Assembly: GCA_036259475.1 (NCBI GenBank)
Contig: DATABS010000071.1
Span: 3,913-67,912 of the forward strand
DNA: 64,000 nt
Reading direction: 5' to 3'
Origin: Acidimicrobiia bacterium
GTDB lineage: Bacteria; Actinomycetota; Acidimicrobiia; Spongiisociales; ZC4RG35
In this document: positions 23,439 to 32,410 of the stretch, one piece after another
Layout: the number at the start of each line of letters is the position of its first letter
Position numbering within the stretch: the first letter of the stretch is position 1
The notes under the pieces: generated by a model
The model's input: only the letters and a program-made list of their open reading frames with translations
Databases searched by the model: none
What the model was told of the DNA's origin: nothing
Made by a program: the position numbers and the translations under genes

Positions 23439-23929
23439 ACCGCCAGAACTTCATCGGCGACTGATTCCACCGTCTTGCCGTCGGTCGCCACCGTGGCGTG
23501 GGCCGCTTCCCGGTAGCGAGCCTCCCGCTCTTCCACAAGCGTGCCGAGCCGTTCGACGGGGTCGTCGGCCTGGGCCAGGAGCGGACGGCTCCCGTCCCGT
23601 CCCACCCTTTCGGCCAACGTCGAGGGTGCCGCTGTCAACCACACGACCAGTCCGGACGAACGCATCACATCGATGTTCGTCCGATCGAGAATCGCCCCGC
23701 CGCCCGTGGCCACGACCACCGGCTCACCGGCCGCTGCCGAAGCGATCATCTGGCTCTCGAGGTGGCGAAAGGACTGCTCGCCTTCGTCATCCCAGAGTTC
23801 CGTGATCGACGATTCCGTCACGGATGCCACCAGGAGATCGGTATCGACGAAGTCGAGGCCGAGGTGAGCCGCCACCGCCATCCCGACAGTGGTCTTGCCG
23901 GAGCCCATCATCCCGATGAGCCACAGCAT
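23423..23929 (-). CDS. aroK: shikimate kinase
   Basis: P-loop GMMGSGKTTVG in a 168-aa protein. Confidence 0.9.
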   Translation of the reverse strand: MLWLIGMMGSGKTTVGMAVAAHLGLDFVDTDLLVASVTESSITELWDDEGEQSFRHLESQMIASAAAGEPVVVATGGGAILDRTNIDVMRSSGLVVWLTAAPSTLAERVGRDGSRPLLAQADDPVERLGTLVEEREARYREAAHATVATDGKTVESVADEVLAVWNAS

Positions 23930-25086
23930 CAGAACTCGGCCAAACGGGCCCGGTAGCGTTCGGCGGCAGCCACGACGTCGTCGACGGTGTCGCCGCCGAA
24001 CTTGCGCATCGTCTCGTCCGCCAGCACGTAGGCCACCATCTGCTCACACACCACCCCCGCCCGCGGCACGGCACAGGTGTCGGAGCGCTCGAAAAACGCC
24101 TTGGCCCCCTCTTTGGAGTCGACGTCCACCGTGTCCAGGGAGCGCATGACGGTCGAGATCGGCTTCATGGCGGCGCGCAGGCTGAGAACTCCCCCGATCG
24201 TGATGCCGCCTTCGGTGCCGCCGGCGCGGGCGGTCTGCCGGGTGAACGATGCACCGTCGTGGTAGATCTCGTCATGGGCCTGGCTGCCCCGGCTGCGTGC
24301 CTGGCGGAATCCGTCTCCCACCTCGACTCCTTTGATCGCCTGGATGGACATGAGCGCGTGAGCCAGCCGTCCGTCGATCTTGCGGTCCCAGTGGACGTGA
24401 CTTCCCAAACCGGGGGGAACGCCGTAGGCGAGGATCTCGATGACTCCTCCGAGTGTGTCGCGGCTTTCCCGTGCTCCCCGGATCTCGGCTTCCATCTGAG
24501 CCGTGCTGGCGGGGTCGAAGCAGCGGACGGAAGAGGCGTCGATGGTTCCCAGGTCAGAAGGCTCCGGTCGAGGCATGTCCTCGGGGGTCCGAACGGTACC
24601 GATCTCGACGACGTGGCTGAGGACGGACATGTCGAGGTGGGCGATCAGCAGCTTCGACAGGTATCCCACGACGGTGCGGGCTGCCGTCTCCCGCGCCGAC
24701 GCCCGCTCCAGGATGTTGCGGGCATCGTGCGTGTCGTACTTCAGCATTCCGGCGAGGTCGGCGTGTCCCGGACGGGGCGTCGTCATTCGCCGTTTGGCGG
24801 TGCCGGCCCCCGGGTTCATCTCCTCGGACCATTTCGTCTCGTACTCGGTGTTGCGGATCAGCACGGCCACCGGTGATCCGAGGCTGCGCCCGTGGCGAAC
24901 ACCGGCGAGGATCTCGATCCGGTCCTGCTCGAGGCCCATCCGTGGGCTGCGACCGTAACCCAATCGGCGTCGCGCCAATTCGGCCGCCAACCCGTCGGAA
25001 TCGAACTCGAGGCCGGCCGGGAGCCCCTCGATGGTGGCGACGAGGCCGGGGCCGTGGGATTCGCCCGCTGTCAGGAACCGCAGCAC
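23929..25086 (-). CDS. aroC: chorismate synthase
   Basis: LRFLTAGESHGPGLVA gives the canonical N-terminus. The GTG start is at 25086; the upstream 58 codons of the ORF run into the repeat region and are not credible. Confidence 0.9.
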   Translation of the reverse strand: MLRFLTAGESHGPGLVATIEGLPAGLEFDSDGLAAELARRRLGYGRSPRMGLEQDRIEILAGVRHGRSLGSPVAVLIRNTEYETKWSEEMNPGAGTAKRRMTTPRPGHADLAGMLKYDTHDARNILERASARETAARTVVGYLSKLLIAHLDMSVLSHVVEIGTVRTPEDMPRPEPSDLGTIDASSVRCFDPASTAQMEAEIRGARESRDTLGGVIEILAYGVPPGLGSHVHWDRKIDGRLAHALMSIQAIKGVEVGDGFRQARSRGSQAHDEIYHDGASFTRQTARAGGTEGGITIGGVLSLRAAMKPISTVMRSLDTVDVDSKEGAKAFFERSDTCAVPRAGVVCEQMVAYVLADETMRKFGGDTVDDVVAAAERYRARLAEF

Positions 25087-25099
25087 GTCGACGATGCTA

Positions 25100-25340
25100 C
25101 CGACCACCGGTTGTGGCGCCGCATTCGGCGGACCGCTCGAGCGGCGGCGGGGCGTGGAACCCAGGGTTCTAGTCCTGCCTGGCGGTGTCCCGGCCCACGG
25201 TTCGCTCGGCGGGCGGGGGTTGGCGGCGGTCCGTGGAACCCAGGGCTCTAGGCCCCGCATAACGGGGACTCCCGCCCACGATCCGCTCGGCGCGGCTGTG
25301 GCTGGCGCCGGAGCCTGGAACCCAGGGATCTAGGCACCGT
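25100..25340. repeat. three tandem ~80-bp degenerate repeats (MIRU-like), each ending in the core GTGGAACCCAGGGNTCTAG
   Basis: Core copies lie at 25154-25172, 25233-25251 and 25316-25334, with 79 and 83 bp periods. The preceding parts of each unit also align (cccacgNtNcgctcggcg...). The first core contains the perfect palindrome GAACCCAGGGTTC. The units generate three overlapping artefactual ORFs ending WNPG(F/L/I). Confidence 0.8.
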
Positions 25341-25369
25341 GTCTCGCGAGGTGTGCGACTCGAAACGTC

Positions 25370-26089
25370 TCAGAGCAGCATCTGAACCAGGCGCTCTCCG
25401 CCGATGATGGATATCCAGGTGCCGACGATCATCGGCGGCCCGTAGGGAATCTCCGACTTGGCTCGGGCGCTACCGCCCAGAACGGCCGCCAATGCGACCA
25501 GCCCTCCCACGGCGGCGGTTGCCATCCCGGCCAGCAACAGCCTGTCCCATCCCAAGAAACCGGTGAACAACCCCAGCGAAACCGCCAGCTTCACGTCCCC
25601 GAAACCGAATCCTCCTCGGGCCACCAGATAGACCATTCCGAAGAACCCGGCATAGGCGAGGGCTCCCAGGAGCGCTCTGGGAAAAGAAGAAAGCGTGCCA
25701 TCCGCTACGGCGCCCAACATCAGAAGGCCTGCGAGCAGCGGCGTGCCGGGATACGTGATCCGATTCGGGATCCGCTTGTGGTCGACGTCGGTCAGGAAAA
25801 GGGCGACCGTCATGGCGGCGAAACCCAGATACGGGATCAGTACCCAGACCGGACCCAACGCCATCGCGATCAGACCACTGAGGATGCTGGTGACCAGGGC
25901 GGTCGCAATCGCCCGCGTGATTCTCAGACCGCAGGACGAACACGAAGCCAGCAGCGAGTTCGGTGCGCCGCAACGACGACAGACTCCCGCCCCCACGCCA
26001 AACGGGAGATCGGCTCCCGCCTGGACGGCGACGTGGTGGATCAGAGGACCGGCGAGCAGCCCGGCGACAGCCGAGAGGGCGACGTGCAC
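25370..26089 (-). CDS. type IV prepilin peptidase (A24 family)
   Basis: An N-terminal CxxC...CxxC zinc-binding region is followed by a polytopic peptidase A24 domain (GFGDVKL). Confidence 0.85.
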   Translation of the reverse strand: MHVALSAVAGLLAGPLIHHVAVQAGADLPFGVGAGVCRRCGAPNSLLASCSSCGLRITRAIATALVTSILSGLIAMALGPVWVLIPYLGFAAMTVALFLTDVDHKRIPNRITYPGTPLLAGLLMLGAVADGTLSSFPRALLGALAYAGFFGMVYLVARGGFGFGDVKLAVSLGLFTGFLGWDRLLLAGMATAAVGGLVALAAVLGGSARAKSEIPYGPPMIVGTWISIIGGERLVQMLL

Positions 26090-26134
26090 GAGGCCGGGAT
26101 GCTACTCGCCCTGCGAGCTGAGGACCGGTGGAGC

Positions 26135-27232
26135 TCAGCTGTCGGCAAGCTCGCGGAAGGCGGCGCCGAGGCCACGCCGTCGCAACAAGCCGAACCCACC
26201 GTCCTCGGGATCATCGTCATCGTCATCGTCATCGTCGTCGTCGTCGTCCGACGCCTCTTCGGTCTTCTCGAGCTCGCCGAAGACCGTCTCGAGGAACGAT
26301 CCGTCGGCCGGTTCGTCCTCCCGCGGCTCGGCCGGCTCTTCGACCTCGTCCTCGGCCGCCTTACCCCACCAGGAACGATCGGCTTGAGAATCGACCTCGG
26401 ACACCGGCTCCGTCTCAACGACCGGCTCGTAGACCGGCTCTGGCTCGGTGATCGCGTGCTGGACGCTTTCTATCGATCCCACGTAGGAGGACTCATAGGT
26501 GGAACGGGGTGCCTCGGGAACGGCGACTGCTTCGACCAGCCGGGCCCTGGACAACTCGGCCATCCGCCGGGCAGTCTGGAAGGTGGTGAGCCCGAGACGG
26601 CCGGCCAGATCGTAAACGGAGCACGAACCCTCCATGGCGGCCAGGAACCGCCAGGCACTGTCACTGAGATTGACCGAATCCTCGTCGATCTCGGGAACCA
26701 TGTGCCAGGGGGTGGAGAGGTCGGGGACGACGGTCTCGATGTCGGCCCAATCGGCCGCCCGGCGCTCCGCCTCTGCGATGATCATCTCCACGTCGAAGGC
26801 CTGACCGGTGGCGTAGCGAGGTCGGGAGTCGATGAGGAACTCGAAATGGCCCGACTGGGGGCGCTGAATGCGGTAGATCGACTCCACGCACTGCTCGCGG
26901 ATCAGGTCGGTCAGGGCCGAGCTGGCGGCGGACGGCGCCAGCGCCTCGGTCAGGGTGCCCCGGGAGACATCGAGCCGGCTGAGCCCGTCCTGGGAGGCGA
27001 TCCCGGACGCCAGCAGATGGTCGCGGATGGCCTCATCGCCTTCGACGGTGGCGTAGGTGAGTGATCCGCCTTCCATGTAGACCCGGCCCGATCCGGCTCC
27101 CTCGACCCGCAGGCAGCCATTCTGGTGCGAGCGCGCCAGCAGGCGAAGGACCTCTTCGAGAGGGAAGATCTCGAGTTTTCCGCTTAGCGACATTGAAATT
27201 CTCCTTTGGTGACCTTCGCCGTCATATGTCAT
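26135..27232 (-). CDS. DUF4388-domain protein with a C-terminal acidic tail containing a D13 homopolymer
   Basis: The N-terminus LSGKLEIFPLEEVLRLL matches DUF4388 (PatA-like response-regulator-like). The C-terminus is extremely acidic (EEASDDDDDDDDDDDDDPEDGG). It overlaps the aroE start by 10 nt. Confidence 0.7.
   Translation of the reverse strand: MTYDGEGHQRRISMSLSGKLEIFPLEEVLRLLARSHQNGCLRVEGAGSGRVYMEGGSLTYATVEGDEAIRDHLLASGIASQDGLSRLDVSRGTLTEALAPSAASSALTDLIREQCVESIYRIQRPQSGHFEFLIDSRPRYATGQAFDVEMIIAEAERRAADWADIETVVPDLSTPWHMVPEIDEDSVNLSDSAWRFLAAMEGSCSVYDLAGRLGLTTFQTARRMAELSRARLVEAVAVPEAPRSTYESSYVGSIESVQHAITEPEPVYEPVVETEPVSEVDSQADRSWWGKAAEDEVEEPAEPREDEPADGSFLETVFGELEKTEEASDDDDDDDDDDDDDPEDGGFGLLRRRGLGAAFRELADS
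26205..26249. repeat. trinucleotide microsatellite (ATCGTC)4(GTC)5, encoding poly-Asp in the DUF4388 gene
   Basis: The plus strand reads tcatcgtcatcgtcatcgtcatcgtcgtcgtcgtcgtcgtcc. Confidence 0.9.
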
Positions 27233-28028
27233 TCGGTGCCTGACCGACCCGGCTTGAGTGGTTTAGTGCGGCCTCCGTCATGGCGGCGAGTGGAGGTTCT
27301 CGGCCGGTCCACAGCCGGAAGGAATCGGCCGCCTGGGCCACCAGAAACTCGATCCCGTCGACCGTCGGGATACCGAGCCTCCGGGCCTCGACCACCGCCG
27401 GCGTGGGTGCGGGTCCGTAGGCGAGGTCCATGAGGCCCGAGGAGAGGGCAACCACTCGATTCGGGAGCGACTCCGACTGCATTCCCAGCGGTGTCGCATT
27501 CACGATGACGGCATCTACCACGGCCGCTCCCCAGGGGGCTTCGGCTATTTCCATGCCGAGGCCGTCGGCGAGAGCCGATACCGCCCCGGGGCGCCGGGCG
27601 CTGACGTAGAGGGTTCTGCCCCGTGCCGCCAGGCATGCCGCCGCGGCTGCCCCGCCGGCTCCCAGGACCAAGGTCGGTGTCGAGATGTCCACCGGCCACA
27701 GGCGCTGGAGAGCGGATATGTCCGTGTTGTGGCCCTCGAGGCCCCCGTCGGGGCGACGGACGATCGTGTTGACCGATCCCGCCCGGCGGGCCTGGGGGCT
27801 GAGCGAGTCGACGAGGGCGGCGGCCACGCCCTTCAGGGGCATGGTGACATTCACACCGCTGAGAGCACCCTTCCGGAGCTGAGCGATCACCTCCTCCATC
27901 TCTGGACCACGCGTCCGCCGGGCCTCATACGACCCGTGCAGTTCCAGGGCCGACAGAGCGGCAGTGTGGATGGCGGGAGAGCGTGAATGGGCGATCGGGT
28001 CCCCCACCACGGCCAACCGGAGTGGCAC
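27222..28028 (-). CDS. aroE: shikimate dehydrogenase
   Basis: Fold motifs GDPIAHSRSPAIH and NVTMPLK are present, with a Rossmann GAGGAA. Confidence 0.9.
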   Translation of the reverse strand: MPLRLAVVGDPIAHSRSPAIHTAALSALELHGSYEARRTRGPEMEEVIAQLRKGALSGVNVTMPLKGVAAALVDSLSPQARRAGSVNTIVRRPDGGLEGHNTDISALQRLWPVDISTPTLVLGAGGAAAAACLAARGRTLYVSARRPGAVSALADGLGMEIAEAPWGAAVVDAVIVNATPLGMQSESLPNRVVALSSGLMDLAYGPAPTPAVVEARRLGIPTVDGIEFLVAQAADSFRLWTGREPPLAAMTEAALNHSSRVGQAPNDI

Positions 28029-29125
28029 TAGGGAAGTACTCCATCCTCCCGGGCCTGCCGGACCGCTTCGTTGTGGTCATCGAGGTTGGTGGTGAAGGTA
28101 TGGCTGCCGTCCGGAGCGCTCAGCACGTAGTAGAGGAACTCGGTGTCATCCGGGTTGGCGGCCGCCTCGAGCGCCGCCAATCCGGGCGCCGCGATCGGAG
28201 TCGGCGGAAGTCCGGTGAACCGGTACGTGTTGTAGGGCGAGTCGACCTCGGGATCGAAGTCCTCCGGCGAGCGCGTGTCGAGGGCATAGAGCACGGTGGC
28301 GTCGATCTGCAGCAGCATTTCCTCGTCCAGCCGGTTGTGGATCACGCTCGACACGACCGGGCGCTCGTCGGCGACCCGGACCTCCGACTCGATGAGGGAG
28401 GCGATGACGATGCCCTCGTAACGGTCGTAGCCGTCTTCCTCCAGACCGCTCCAGTCCACCTGGCCCACCCGCTCCTCCATGGTGGACGCCATCCGTTGCA
28501 GCATCGAGGCCGCCGTCGACGCCTGGGAAAACTCATAGGTGTCGGGGAAGAGCAGACCTTCCCAGTCGGACAGTTGCGGCGACTCAGGCATTTGGCGCAA
28601 CTCCGTGGTCACGTCTCCTCCCTCCAGGGCCGCCACGAAGTCCTCTAGGGGGATGCCGCTGTTCTCGGCCAGCTCCTCGGTGATCTCCTCGACGCGCAAA
28701 CCTTCGCGAACGGTGATCCGGAACACGTCGACGAGAGGTCCGGTCCGAAGGGCCGCCAGCACATCGCTCGAATCCATACCCGTCACGAGCTGGTAAGTGC
28801 CCGCCTTCAACTCGCCCGAAGCGCCCGCCGAGCGGACCGCAGCCTCGAACTGGACGGCAGACGCCACCACGCCCTGGCCGGCCAGGATGGCAGAAATGTC
28901 CTGGGCGCTGGCGCCCGAGGGGATGACCACCTCCACCTCGAGCCCGGGTTCGACGTCGATACCGTCGCTGGACTGGTCACCGCCCAGAGCTCCACCGACC
29001 TGGCGGCCGAGGAACGAAGCGCCTCCGACGATGGCGACGCCCGCCACGACGACCAACGCCACGATCGCCCCGATGCGGCCCAGGCGCGAAAAGCTGGGAG
29101 GCGGAGGCACCGGATCGAGGCTCAA
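28028..29125 (-). CDS. mltG: endolytic murein transglycosylase MltG (YceG-like)
   Basis: It has an N-terminal TM segment and a YceG domain, and sits at the conserved position between ruvX and aroE. Confidence 0.85.
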   Translation of the reverse strand: MSLDPVPPPPSFSRLGRIGAIVALVVVAGVAIVGGASFLGRQVGGALGGDQSSDGIDVEPGLEVEVVIPSGASAQDISAILAGQGVVASAVQFEAAVRSAGASGELKAGTYQLVTGMDSSDVLAALRTGPLVDVFRITVREGLRVEEITEELAENSGIPLEDFVAALEGGDVTTELRQMPESPQLSDWEGLLFPDTYEFSQASTAASMLQRMASTMEERVGQVDWSGLEEDGYDRYEGIVIASLIESEVRVADERPVVSSVIHNRLDEEMLLQIDATVLYALDTRSPEDFDPEVDSPYNTYRFTGLPPTPIAAPGLAALEAAANPDDTEFLYYVLSAPDGSHTFTTNLDDHNEAVRQAREDGVLP

Positions 29126-29538
29126 CGTTCCTCTCCGGGTCGGTCGAGATAGCCGCGGAGGAGAACGGCGGCTGCGACCTTGTCGACGGTCCCCCGGCGG
29201 CGGCGTCGTTTCACCCCTGCCTCGACCATCATCGAGTCCGCCATGCGTGTCGTGTAGCGCTCATCCACCGCCGTCACCGGAAGGCCTGTCCTTTCGCTGA
29301 GTTCGGCGGCCAGATTACGGGCGATCCGAGCGGATGCGCCCTCGTCGCCGGTTTCGGTGGTAGGTAGGCCGACGATGATCTCGTCCACGGCGAGTTCGTG
29401 GCAGAGATCGGCGATCCGTTCGACTGCCCCGGCGGCGGCAACCACCTCGAGGGGCTGGGCCGAGATGCCCAGAGGGTCGCTCACGGCGAGCCCGACTCGG
29501 ACGGTCCCGGGATCGACGGCGAGGACGCGTCCCATCAT
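29122..29538 (-). CDS. ruvX: Holliday-junction-resolvase-like pre-16S rRNA nuclease YqgF/RuvX
   Basis: GRVLAVDPGTVRVGLAVSD, with the conserved position after alaS. Confidence 0.9.
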   Translation of the reverse strand: MMGRVLAVDPGTVRVGLAVSDPLGISAQPLEVVAAAGAVERIADLCHELAVDEIIVGLPTTETGDEGASARIARNLAAELSERTGLPVTAVDERYTTRMADSMMVEAGVKRRRRRGTVDKVAAAVLLRGYLDRPGEER

Positions 29539-32165
29539 CCCCTCAGCTTCCGGGCTGCCGACTCCCGTACCGCATCCAGCGCCTGGGCCAGCGCCGCCCC
29601 GTTGGGCCCTCCCGCCTGGGCCAGCTCGGGATCGCGGCTTCCCCCGCCTCCCATCACGGCCGCGCCCTCGCCGGCGAGCTCCCCGGCCGAGATCCCAGCC
29701 GCCACCATGTCCGGAGTCGTAGCGGCAGCCAGAGCCCCCTTGCCGTTGTTGCAGGATCCCACCACTACGAGCGAAGGAGCTCCCAGACGGTTGCGGATGT
29801 CGAGAGCCAGCTCACGCAAGTCACCGGGAGCCAGTTCGCCGGCGTCCGCCACCACCAGGCGCCGGTCGCCTACCGACTCGGCTCCGGCGGCCATTTCGGC
29901 CGCCATGTCTACTCGCCGCTCGGCCGCAGCCTGCTCCAGGCGATCCTCCACTCGTGCCACCCGTTCGAGCAGGGCTTCTACCCGCTCGGGTACCTGGGCG
30001 GCCGGCACTCGCAGGAGGCGACCCGTCGCCTGGAGAGAGGACCGGAGCGAGGCCAGGTGGCCATAGGCGCTCTCCCCGGTGAGGGCTTCCACGCGTCGGA
30101 TGTTCGAGCCGATCGACGACTCTGAGGTGACTACGAGCGGTCCGACCTGGCCGGCGGTATGAGTATGAGTCCCACCGCAGAATTCGACGGAGAACTCGCC
30201 GATGCTCACTACCCGGACCTTCTCGCCGTACTTGTCGCCGAAGAAGGCCAGGGCGCCCATCTCCTGGGCCTCGTCACGTGACGTGACAACCGTGGAGATC
30301 TCGGCGTTGGAGATGAGCCGCCGATTGGCCTCCCATTCGACGTGGGCTAGGTCCTCATCACTCACCGCCGAGTAGTTGGAGAAGTCGAATCGGAGACGTC
30401 CGTCCTCCACCAGCGATCCGGCCTGGGTGGCGTGGTCGCCGAGCACCGAGCGCAACGCCCAATGGAGGACGTGGGTCCCGGTGTGGCTCTTGCGGATTCC
30501 TTCCCGGCGAGGAGAGTCGATGGCCAGGTCGGCGTCCTGACCCACGTGCAGGCTGCCCGATTCGACCGTCGCCAAATGGCCATGGAGGCCCTGGATGGCG
30601 TGGCGAGTGTCGGTTACCCGGGCGGTTCCCGACTCAGTGATGATCACGCCCGTGTCTCCGACCTGACCGCCCGACTCGGCGTAAAAGGGGGTGATATCGA
30701 GAAACACCTCTGCGGCTTGCCCGGCCTCGACAGACTCGAGGGCCTCGCCATCCACCAGGATGGCGAGGATCCGGCCCCGATCGCGTTCGTGCTCGTAACC
30801 GGTGAAGGTCGTCAGTCCGAGGTCGTCGGCCAACTGGCGGTACACGTCGGCGGTGGCGGCGGTATCACCGCCCTTCCATGCTGCTCGGGCCCTTTCCCTC
30901 TGGGCGCTCATGGCTGAAGCGAATGCCTCCTGGTCCACCGTCACGCCGCGTTCGGCGGCGATCTCGGAAGTCAGCTCGATCGGGAAGCCATACGTGTCGT
31001 GGAGGCGGAAGGCGACTTCGCCCGACAGACGGTCGGTTGTCTGCTCCAGCTCCTGGTCCAACAACTCGCCTCCCGAAGTCAGGGTTTGACGGAACCGCTC
31101 CTCCTCTCGGGTGACAGCCTGGAGGATCACGTCCCGCCGGGCAACGAGATCGGGGTAGGCCTCCGACATCACCTCGATCGTCGCCTCCACCAGGTGGGGG
31201 AAGATCATGTCCTTGCCTGCGTCGGGGCGCAGCTGCCAGGCGTGACGGACTCCTCGCCGCAGGATGCGACGCAATACGTAGCCGCGGCCGTCGTTGGAGG
31301 GAACCACCCCGTCGCCGATGAGGAACGTCACGGCCCGTCCGTGATCGGCCAAGAGGCGCAGCGAGACGTCGGTCTCCTCGCGGTCGCCGTAGCCCACCCC
31401 GGCGTAACGGGCGGCGGCAGTGAGCACAGGCCACACGGTGTCCACCTGGAACACTGTCGGAACATCCTGGAGAATCGCCGCCATCCGCTCGAGGCCCATG
31501 CCGGTGTCTATGTTCTTGGCGGGTAGCTCACCGATGACGTGATATGGCTCGTCTTGGATGTTCTGCATGAAGACGAGGTTGCAGATCTCGACGAAGCGCT
31601 CCTCGCCGCCGCCGATTGGTCCCCCTGGGTCGCCGAACTCGGGGCCTTTGTCGTAGAACAACTCAGAGCTCGGTCCGCACGGCCCGGGCACTCCCATCTG
31701 CCAGAAATTGTCGCGGCCCCCCTTCTGCACCCGCTCCGGAGGGACGCCGACAGCGTCCACCCAGATGGCGGCGGCTTCGTCGTCGGTGTCGAACACCGTG
31801 AACCAGAGGCGGTCCGGGTCGAGGCCGTACCTTTGCGTCACGAGCTCGTAGGCCCACGGAATGGCCGACTCTTTGAAGTAGTCCCCGAAGCTGAAGTTGC
31901 CCATCATCTCGAAGAAGGAAAAGTGACGGGTGGTGGTGCCGATGATGTCGATGTCAACGGTGCGGGCGCATTTCTGCACGGTGGTCGCCCGATCCCAGGG
32001 TGGTTCCTCCTCGCCCAGGAAGTAGGGCTTGAACGGGACCATCCCGGCGTTGGTCAGCAGAAGAGTCGGATCGGTCGGGATGAGCGAGGCGGAAGGGCGC
32101 AGCACATGGCCCCGCTCCGTGAAAAAGGAGGTGAAGGTCGTGCGGATCTGATTGGAGTCCATCAT
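29535..32165 (-). CDS. alaS: alanine--tRNA ligase
   Basis: The 876-aa protein has class II AlaRS motifs and a C-terminal editing HxxxH/CxxxH region. Confidence 0.97.
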   Translation of the reverse strand: MMDSNQIRTTFTSFFTERGHVLRPSASLIPTDPTLLLTNAGMVPFKPYFLGEEEPPWDRATTVQKCARTVDIDIIGTTTRHFSFFEMMGNFSFGDYFKESAIPWAYELVTQRYGLDPDRLWFTVFDTDDEAAAIWVDAVGVPPERVQKGGRDNFWQMGVPGPCGPSSELFYDKGPEFGDPGGPIGGGEERFVEICNLVFMQNIQDEPYHVIGELPAKNIDTGMGLERMAAILQDVPTVFQVDTVWPVLTAAARYAGVGYGDREETDVSLRLLADHGRAVTFLIGDGVVPSNDGRGYVLRRILRRGVRHAWQLRPDAGKDMIFPHLVEATIEVMSEAYPDLVARRDVILQAVTREEERFRQTLTSGGELLDQELEQTTDRLSGEVAFRLHDTYGFPIELTSEIAAERGVTVDQEAFASAMSAQRERARAAWKGGDTAATADVYRQLADDLGLTTFTGYEHERDRGRILAILVDGEALESVEAGQAAEVFLDITPFYAESGGQVGDTGVIITESGTARVTDTRHAIQGLHGHLATVESGSLHVGQDADLAIDSPRREGIRKSHTGTHVLHWALRSVLGDHATQAGSLVEDGRLRFDFSNYSAVSDEDLAHVEWEANRRLISNAEISTVVTSRDEAQEMGALAFFGDKYGEKVRVVSIGEFSVEFCGGTHTHTAGQVGPLVVTSESSIGSNIRRVEALTGESAYGHLASLRSSLQATGRLLRVPAAQVPERVEALLERVARVEDRLEQAAAERRVDMAAEMAAGAESVGDRRLVVADAGELAPGDLRELALDIRNRLGAPSLVVVGSCNNGKGALAAATTPDMVAAGISAGELAGEGAAVMGGGGSRDPELAQAGGPNGAALAQALDAVRESAARKLRG

Positions 32166-32218
32166 CGATGCCTCAAGGATGTGGTGCTCGGGAACGGTGA
32201 CAGGCGTGCCGCCGCAGT

Positions 32219-32391
32219 CAGTTACGACGCGGCGGCCGGATGGCTCGGGCGGCGAGCTCCATCACATCCGCCCCCGTATAGGCCGCGGCCTTTCGCAGGT
32301 CGGCTGGATCCGGCTTCCGTCGCAGCGCCCGCACCGTAACCAGTCCGCCGGCCAGCAGGCCGGTGGCGAACCACCACAACCGATCGAACAT
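32219..32391 (-). CDS. small hypothetical membrane protein (about 57 aa), not in the ORF track
   Basis: The ATG at 32391 gives MFDRLWWFATGLLAGGLVTVRALRRKPDPADLRKAAAYTGADVMELAARAIRPPRRN. It has a GC-rich third codon position and fills the alaS-rarA gap; coordinates are +/-1 nt. Confidence 0.3.
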
Positions 32392-32410
32392 GTCCCTGAG
32401 GGTAGCGCGA

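Noticed and set aside
25100-25340. Possible CRISPR array (short direct repeats with similar spacing)
   Set aside because: There are only three copies, and the 'spacers' are themselves homologous to each other (the whole ~80-bp unit is repeated and degenerate). No cas genes are nearby. This is a tandem minisatellite, not CRISPR.
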